From contig JAIRYP010000004.1 of the NCBI GenBank assembly GCA_031267755.1, forward strand, positions 10,686-74,685: a stretch of DNA of 64,000 nt, written 5' to 3'. Numbering within the stretch: the first letter of the stretch is position 1; every line of letters starts with the position of its first letter. The notes below the pieces were generated by a model. The model saw only the letters and a program-made list of their open reading frames with translations, made no database searches and was not told where the DNA came from. The stretch comes from Clostridiales bacterium (GTDB taxonomy: Bacteria; Bacillota; Clostridia; Monoglobales; JAIRYP01). This document shows positions 57,714-64,000 of this stretch, piece by piece. A program made the translations under genes and the position numbers.

Positions 57714-58536
57714 ATTTCTCCTCCAACTCTCGTATCGCTTTTTCGAATTGTTCACTGTTTGGAGCAGTTCCGTGCCAATTGGGATTATTTTCCATAAAAC
57801 TTACGCCTTTTCCTTTAATACTTTTAGCTATCACAACAGTTGGTTTTTTCTTTATTAACTTAACCTGATTTAAACCTGTTTCAATTTCTAAAAAATCATG
57901 AGCATCAATTTCTATAGTCTTAAAACCAAATGAAGCGAACTTTTGCTCAATTGGAGAGATATTCATGATTTCTTCGGTTTTACCATCGATCTGCAATCCA
58001 TTCAAATCTATTATGTAAGTAATATTATCAAGCTTATAATGACTTGCAAACATCGCAGCTTCCCATACTTGGCCCTCTTGAAGTTCGCCGTCACCTATTA
58101 AAACATAAACTCTAAAATCCATTTTATCAATTTTCCCGGCAAGTGCTATTCCATTTGCAGCGCTTACCCCTTGACCGAGCGAACCTGTTGACATGTCAAC
58201 TCCTGGAGTTCTTTTCATGTCTGGATGGCCTTGAAGAATGCTTGAGCATTGTCTGAAATCTTTTAAAATATGTTGTGGTAAGAAATTTTTAATTGAAAGA
58301 ATTGCGTATAATGCACTTGACGCATGACCTTTAGATAATACAAATCTGTCGCGAAATGGGTCGAGTGGATTTTGTGAATCAATATTTAAAACTTCCATAT
58401 ATAAAAAAGTTAAAACATCTGCACAAGAAAGTGAACCTCCAGGATGGCCACTTTGCGCACTATATATCTCAAGAAGTATTTTTTTTCTTACATCTTTCGC
58501 AGTTTCTTTAAGAAATTTTAATTTTTCCTGATTCAT
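57706..58536 (-). CDS. transketolase, N-terminal (TPP-binding) subunit
   Basis: Contains GHPGGSLS, SKGHASSALY and GDGELQEGQVWEA (TPP motif). Confidence 0.9.
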   Translation of the reverse strand: MNQEKLKFLKETAKDVRKKILLEIYSAQSGHPGGSLSCADVLTFLYMEVLNIDSQNPLDPFRDRFVLSKGHASSALYAILSIKNFLPQHILKDFRQCSSILQGHPDMKRTPGVDMSTGSLGQGVSAANGIALAGKIDKMDFRVYVLIGDGELQEGQVWEAAMFASHYKLDNITYIIDLNGLQIDGKTEEIMNISPIEQKFASFGFKTIEIDAHDFLEIETGLNQVKLIKKKPTVVIAKSIKGKGVSFMENNPNWHGTAPNSEQFEKAIRELEEKYV

Positions 58537-58836
58537 TATAAGCCCTTTTAAAACTTACTTGGTATAGAGATTAAGCTACAAAATTTAAAATCATCTGAAA
58601 GAAACCGAAATTTTCATTATCCTTTGAAACAATATTAGTTTTTATAGCGTTAGTCAATAATATATTATTATTTTATTTTTTGAATTATATTTTAGGGCGA
58701 TTTACAAAAAAATATTTAATGCAAAAGAAACGTAACAATTTTTAAAACTTCAAATTTATTTTAATATATTTGTTTTTAATTTTTACTTTAAATGTATAAT
58801 TTTGAAATTTTTTTCTTTGATTTTTATCATTATAAA

Positions 58837-61800
58837 TTATTCAAAAAATGTTATTTGGCTGCTTTCGGGTAAGCATTTAAAGCAGCCATTTTTTTCAAAA
58901 AGAGCCATAACGTTTTTATTTAATTTGGCGCGTTGTTTCAAATCTTCTTGTGATAAAAATACTCCATCTTTTCGTGATTGCATAATATTTTCGGCTGCAG
59001 TCACCCCAAGCCCCGGTAAGCTGTTCAAAGGCGGAAGTATCGCGTCTTCTATTTTTTGAAAATTAAAAGCATGTGATTTATACAGATCAATTGGAAGAAA
59101 TTTTATTCCTCTCAAGTACATCTCAAAACAAACTTTTAAAATTGTAAGCATTTCCTTTTCCCTAAAACTTGCTTCTTTTCCTTTTGATTCTATGTCATTC
59201 ATTGCTTTTTTAACTTTTTCTTTTCCGTGTATCATATGCTCTGCATCAAACACGTTTGCTCTTATTGTAAAATATGTTATATAAAACTCAATGGGGTAGT
59301 ATATTTTAAAATAAGCAACTTTAAATGCCATGATTACATAAGCTGCTGCATGAGCTTTAGGGAACATATATTTTATTTTTTTACATGACTCAATGTACCA
59401 ATTTGGAACATTATTTTTTTTCATAATATTTTCTTGTTCTAAGTTTAATCCTTTACCTTTTCTAACATTTTCGGTTATTTCAAACGAAATATTTGATTCT
59501 AAACCTTTACGCATTAAATACAGCATTATATCATCACGTACACAAATAACTTCAGCAAGACTTGCAGTTCTTTCTTTAATTAAATCTTGCGCATTATTCG
59601 TCCAAACATTTTCTCCATGCGACATTCCAGAAATTAAAATAAGTTCGGAAAAAGTGGTGGGAAGAGTTTTGGCAAGTATTTGCATTACAAATTTTGTACC
59701 AAATTCAGGAATGCCAGTTGTTCCAACATCATCTTCAAAATCCTCAGATTCCACATCCAGGTTTAAAATTTCATTTGAACTAAAAAGCGACATGGTACCT
59801 TTATCATCAAGTGGAATAGTTTTTGAATCTACCTTTGTTAAATTTTCAAGCATTTTAATTGTAGTTGGATCATCATGACCGAGAATATCGAGTTTAAGAA
59901 GATTATCATGAATAGAATGAAAATCAAAATGTGTTGTTATCACGTCGCTTCCCGTATCATCAGCCGGTCGTTGTACAGGGCAAAAATCATATATTTCCAT
60001 GTTTTTTGGACATACTATAATTCCTCCCGGGTGTTGTCCTGTAGTTCTTTTAACGCCTATGCTACCGATTGAGACACGTTTTATTTCAGCATTACTCGGT
60101 GGATTTTCTCCTTTTTTTTCGTAGTATTTTTTTGCAAACATTTGAGCAGTTTTATCAGCTATGGTTCCAATTGTACCTGCCCTAAAAACATAACCTTCAC
60201 CAAAAAGGGTTTCGACATATTTATGAGCTTTGGCTTGATATTCCCCCGAAAAATTCAAATCAATGTCAGGTATTTTATCGCCGTTAAATCCCAAAAATGT
60301 CTCAAAGGGAATATCGAAACCATCTTTTTTAAATTCAATCCCACACTCACAAACTTTATTAGGTAAATCTATTCCACTTTTATATTTGTTATCTTTAATA
60401 AATTCACTTTTTTTGCAAATTGGGCAAACGTAATGAGGAGAAAGTGCATTTATTTCAGTTATTCCTGCTAAAAATGCTATAAATGACGAACCAACAGAAC
60501 CTCGAGAACCTACCAAATATCCTTCATCATTTGATTTTTTCACTAGTTTTTGAGCAATTATATACATAACTGCAAATTCATATTTAAGTATACATCCAAG
60601 TTCACGATTAAATCTGTCTTCAACAATTTCAGGTAATTTCTCGCCATAAATTTCATGAACTTTTTTTTTACATATTTCCATTAATTCCTTTTCAGAATTT
60701 TCAATTTTTGGAGGATACAAACCATCAGGTATTGGTTTTATTTCTTCAATATCATCACATATATCAACTGTATTTGTTATCACACATTCATGTGCTTCTT
60801 CGCCCAAATATGAAAATTCCTCGAGCATCTCTTCAGTTGTTTTTATATAAAGCGGAGCTTGATCATCTGCGTCCTTATAACCTTGCCCACCAAACAAAAC
60901 ACGTCTATATACTTCATCTTCCGGATTTAAAAAATGTGAATCGCAAGTTGCAACAACTCTTTTTTTAAACTTTTTCCCAAGTTGCACTATTTTTTTATTA
61001 ATATCTTTGAGTTCCTCTTCATTTGTTACATTTCCATTTTTTATTAAAAAATTGTTATTACCTAACGGTTGAATTTCAAGATAATCATAAAAAGATGCAA
61101 TTCTTTCAATTTCTATTTCACTTCTGTTTTCAAGTATTGCTCTGTACAATTCACCAGATTCACAAGCAGATCCCAATATTAAACCTTCTCTGTAAAGATT
61201 TAAAACACTTTTTGGAATCTTAGGTTTTTTATAAAAATATTCTAAATTAGAAAGCGATATTAATTTATACAAATTTTTAAGACCAATTTTATTTTTAACA
61301 AGAATAATAATGTGATAAGACATTTGTTTAATAATGCTTTTGTCGACAATTTTATCATGTTTTTGAATTAAGTCATCTTTTTTTTCTTTTATTTCTAAAA
61401 GTTTTAAAAATATCTTTGCGGTGCACGTAGCATCATCTACTGCTCTATGGTGATTATCAAGAGCTATTCCAAGATGCTTTGCAACAACGTCAAGTTTATG
61501 CTTATTTAAATTTTTAAGCATTGCTCTTGACATTGCAAGCGTGTCTATTATTTTAAAATCAAACGGAAGGTTTAATTTATTTGCATTTTCTCTAATAAAA
61601 CCAGCATCGAAATTAGCATTATGAGCAACAAGTGTACTACCTTTGCAAAAATTTAAAAATTTTGGTAAAATTTCGGAAATAATTGGTTTATCTTTAAGCA
61701 TATAATCCGTTATTCCAGTGAGCTCAGTTATTTTTGGAGGCACGGGTTTTCCGGGATTTATAAGAGCACTAAAAGCATCCAAAAATTCCGAACCAAAAAT

Positions 61801-63108
61801 TTTAACAGCTCCTATTTCAGTTATGGCATCATTTCTATTGTTGAGTCCAGTTGTTTCAATATCAAACACAACATATGTTTCATTTAAATTTATTTCATTC
61901 TCTTTAGTTATAGATTCATCATTTACAAAATATCCTTCCATGCCATATATAATCTTAATGCCAAATTTTTTCCCTGCATTATATGCATCTGGAAATGCTT
62001 GAGCACAACCGTGATCAGTTATTGCAATTGCTTTATGATTCCATCGTGATGCGCATTCTATTAATTCTTTAACATCAACCATTCCATCCATTGCGCTCAT
62101 TTTTGTATGAGCGTGAAGTTCAACTCTTTTTGTTCCTGTAAAATTATCCATTCTTTGGGGTGGGGAATCGAGAAATTCTATAGCTTTTACGTTTATGCAA
62201 ACTTCTCTTGAATATTTATCATAGACCGCTTCTCCTCTGACTTTTACGTGCGCATCTTTTTTGATTTTTTCTTTATAGTTCGAATCTCTTTTGCTAATTA
62301 TTTTACATACAATGGAATAAGTATTATCGAATATGTAAAAAACAATAAGTGTTTTTTCGTCCTTAAAATCACGTGTTTCGACACAAAAAATTTTTCCTTG
62401 AACATTTACTTTGCCACTTTCTGAAGTAATTTGTATTATCGGTGTTTTGTTTTCTAACTTTTTTTTATTATAATTTGAAATTTCTTTAACCTTAAAAGGT
62501 AAACTACTATTTTTAATTTCTTCGCCTAATTTTAAATTTTTAATTTTTTCTTTTGTTTCGTTATTTAAATTAATTTCTTCTTCTGTAGTTTGTTTTCTTA
62601 TATGATATTCTTCATTAACATATTTCTTACACTCAAATATTACTTGAACGTTTATATTCATTTCTTCAGCAATAATTTCTTGTATGATATTCTTTACATT
62701 ATATTTTTCTAAAAAATATATCGGACCACACAAGTTTTTCAATTTAACAGTATTACCATCAATATCTAAAATTGCGCCTGATATAAAAGGTTTTATAATA
62801 GGCAATCTTAATAAAATAATTTTTAAAACATTTGACAAATATTCTTTATTTAATAAACATTCTAAATATTTAATTTTAATATTGAATTCTTTTAAGGAAT
62901 ACTCATTTTTAACTTGTATTTTAAAATTTTCTAATTCATTCACATCAATCAACACATTTGATATGATCTCAAGAAGTATTGATTGTTTTTTTGTATTAAC
63001 AATTATTTTAGATATTTCTTGATTTTTAAGTATGGATTCAAGTTCTTTCGGAATTTTTGTTCTTGAAAAAATTTCTGGTACTGCCACGTTCAAACAATTC
63101 ATCCTCAC
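58837..63108 (-). CDS. polC: DNA polymerase III PolC-type
   Basis: 1423 aa. Contains a PHP domain (VELHAHTKMSAMDG), the inserted 3'-5' exonuclease (YVVFDIETTGL, HRAVDDA) and the polymerase core (GSRGSVGSSF, PDIDLNF). Confidence 0.96.
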   Translation of the reverse strand: MRMNCLNVAVPEIFSRTKIPKELESILKNQEISKIIVNTKKQSILLEIISNVLIDVNELENFKIQVKNEYSLKEFNIKIKYLECLLNKEYLSNVLKIILLRLPIIKPFISGAILDIDGNTVKLKNLCGPIYFLEKYNVKNIIQEIIAEEMNINVQVIFECKKYVNEEYHIRKQTTEEEINLNNETKEKIKNLKLGEEIKNSSLPFKVKEISNYNKKKLENKTPIIQITSESGKVNVQGKIFCVETRDFKDEKTLIVFYIFDNTYSIVCKIISKRDSNYKEKIKKDAHVKVRGEAVYDKYSREVCINVKAIEFLDSPPQRMDNFTGTKRVELHAHTKMSAMDGMVDVKELIECASRWNHKAIAITDHGCAQAFPDAYNAGKKFGIKIIYGMEGYFVNDESITKENEINLNETYVVFDIETTGLNNRNDAITEIGAVKIFGSEFLDAFSALINPGKPVPPKITELTGITDYMLKDKPIISEILPKFLNFCKGSTLVAHNANFDAGFIRENANKLNLPFDFKIIDTLAMSRAMLKNLNKHKLDVVAKHLGIALDNHHRAVDDATCTAKIFLKLLEIKEKKDDLIQKHDKIVDKSIIKQMSYHIIILVKNKIGLKNLYKLISLSNLEYFYKKPKIPKSVLNLYREGLILGSACESGELYRAILENRSEIEIERIASFYDYLEIQPLGNNNFLIKNGNVTNEEELKDINKKIVQLGKKFKKRVVATCDSHFLNPEDEVYRRVLFGGQGYKDADDQAPLYIKTTEEMLEEFSYLGEEAHECVITNTVDICDDIEEIKPIPDGLYPPKIENSEKELMEICKKKVHEIYGEKLPEIVEDRFNRELGCILKYEFAVMYIIAQKLVKKSNDEGYLVGSRGSVGSSFIAFLAGITEINALSPHYVCPICKKSEFIKDNKYKSGIDLPNKVCECGIEFKKDGFDIPFETFLGFNGDKIPDIDLNFSGEYQAKAHKYVETLFGEGYVFRAGTIGTIADKTAQMFAKKYYEKKGENPPSNAEIKRVSIGSIGVKRTTGQHPGGIIVCPKNMEIYDFCPVQRPADDTGSDVITTHFDFHSIHDNLLKLDILGHDDPTTIKMLENLTKVDSKTIPLDDKGTMSLFSSNEILNLDVESEDFEDDVGTTGIPEFGTKFVMQILAKTLPTTFSELILISGMSHGENVWTNNAQDLIKERTASLAEVICVRDDIMLYLMRKGLESNISFEITENVRKGKGLNLEQENIMKKNNVPNWYIESCKKIKYMFPKAHAAAYVIMAFKVAYFKIYYPIEFYITYFTIRANVFDAEHMIHGKEKVKKAMNDIESKGKEASFREKEMLTILKVCFEMYLRGIKFLPIDLYKSHAFNFQKIEDAILPPLNSLPGLGVTAAENIMQSRKDGVFLSQEDLKQRAKLNKNVMALFEKNGCFKCLPESSQITFFE

Positions 63109-63209
63109 TTTAAAATTATTAAAATTTTTTTCAAATCAATCATTTGATACTTTTATAAATTATTTGAATTTTCTATGATTTAAAAAAATACTTAATTTAT
63201 TTTTCAAAA

Positions 63210-64000
63210 TTAAGTAAATATTTCGTTAATTTCAATTTTATTGCCATTTAAATAATCTTTTACTTTCATTTTGTTCTTGCCCGGAAATTGAATTTCTTTG
63301 ATAGAAACAATTTCATTATTTCCAACAAAAACATGGATTGAATCATCTTTAAAATTTATAATTTGCCCAGGAACATACTCTTTCTGAAAAATATCTAATT
63401 CCAAAAAAAATTTTTCCAAATTTTTTTTTACTTGAGCTTTAAAAAATTTTACAGGTCTTCCTTTGTATACTGTCCAAGCGCCAGGATATGGATTCATTGA
63501 CCTTATAAGATTTATTATTTCTTTCGATGTATTTCTCCATAATATTTTCGATGTTTCTTTATTTATTAACGGAGCATATGTAGCATATAAATTGTTTTGC
63601 TTCACCTTATCAATTTTTTTGCTTTCTATTTGTTTTAAAGTTTCAACTAATAAATCAGAACCCACGACGGATAATCTTGAATGGAGTTTTCCGAAAGTTT
63701 CATTTTCATCTATTTTTATTTTGACTTGTGAAATAATATCTCCCGTATCAAGCCCTTCATCCATTTGCATGATAGTAACGCCAGTTTCTTTTTCATCATT
63801 CATTATGCTCCATTGAATTGGCGCAGCTCCGCGATATTTTGGAAGAAGAGATGCATGAACGTTTATGCAGCCATATTTAGGAAAATTAAGAATATATTCT
63901 GGAAGAATCTTTCCATATGCAACAACAACTATAATATCGGGTTTTAACAAAAAAAGCTTCGAACTAAAAATTTTATTTTTTAAAGATTCAGGCTGATAAA
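63210..64000 (-). CDS. fmt: methionyl-tRNA formyltransferase (5' end beyond the right edge)
   Basis: Contains PDIIVVVAYGKILP and NVHASLLPKYRGAAPIQW. The reading frame stays open upstream of the track's TTG at 63950 through to base 64000 (reads YQPESLKNKIFSSKLF). The gene therefore starts outside the window. Confidence 0.9.
   Translation of the reverse strand, partial: YQPESLKNKIFSSKLFLLKPDIIVVVAYGKILPEYILNFPKYGCINVHASLLPKYRGAAPIQWSIMNDEKETGVTIMQMDEGLDTGDIISQVKIKIDENETFGKLHSRLSVVGSDLLVETLKQIESKKIDKVKQNNLYATYAPLINKETSKILWRNTSKEIINLIRSMNPYPGAWTVYKGRPVKFFKAQVKKNLEKFFLELDIFQKEYVPGQIINFKDDSIHVFVGNNEIVSIKEIQFPGKNKMKVKDYLNGNKIEINEIFT

Noticed and set aside
56748-58536. Split transketolase as a possible pseudogene or frameshift.
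   Set aside because: Two-subunit transketolases (N- and C-terminal halves as separate overlapping genes) are a well-known normal arrangement in Clostridia and archaea. Both halves are intact, with a coupled ATGTCTAA junction and a strong RBS.

Overview
This is a very AT-rich chromosomal segment from an endospore-forming Firmicute of the Clostridia type. spo0A, an uninterrupted sigK, spoIVA, yabO, yabP, yabQ, divIC-yabR and veg are all present. Most of the window is compact housekeeping DNA: leuS, yqeK, murD, ispH, plsC, cmk, ung, nrdG, pheT, bioY, tmk, ogg, fba, rny, gyrA, dnaX, ybaB, dusB, galE, hup, ftsQ, yidC, split tkt, polC and fmt. I hand-folded 8 tRNA genes, all on the minus strand and all with an encoded CCA end. 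I saw no CRISPR array, transposase, integrase or phage genes. The gene content and extreme AT bias resemble reduced-genome, host-attached gut Clostridia such as segmented filamentous bacteria, but that is speculation I cannot verify without a database search. Two regions are not ordinary. (1) An orphan island lies at about 32.5-41.6 kb between gyrA and dnaX. It holds an acidic Pro/Glu-repeat protein with a Cys-containing FEQ repeat, a 1237-aa protein that by eye contains five copies of an ~85-aa module at ~185-aa periodicity, and a 508-aa Ala/Lys/Pro-rich protein. The 508-aa protein has one hydrophobic helix, one copy of the same module, a perfect 42-bp tandem duplication and visibly higher G+C. 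The island is bracketed by a 5-tRNA cluster and by a duplicated terminator. (2) At 19.8-21.2 kb a membrane-anchored 450-aa protein carries the Cys-box and His-box signatures of eukaryotic-type ubiquitin-specific proteases (USP, peptidase family C19). Smaller oddities include an A8-tract frameshift, an in-frame open extension past a stop codon, a strong-SD small ORF, a P-loop/Asp23 fusion, a PheT lacking its tRNA-binding domain, an A14 tract inside ftsQ, and several broken syntenies. All calls rest on reading the translations and folding tRNAs and hairpins by hand. No searches were run.
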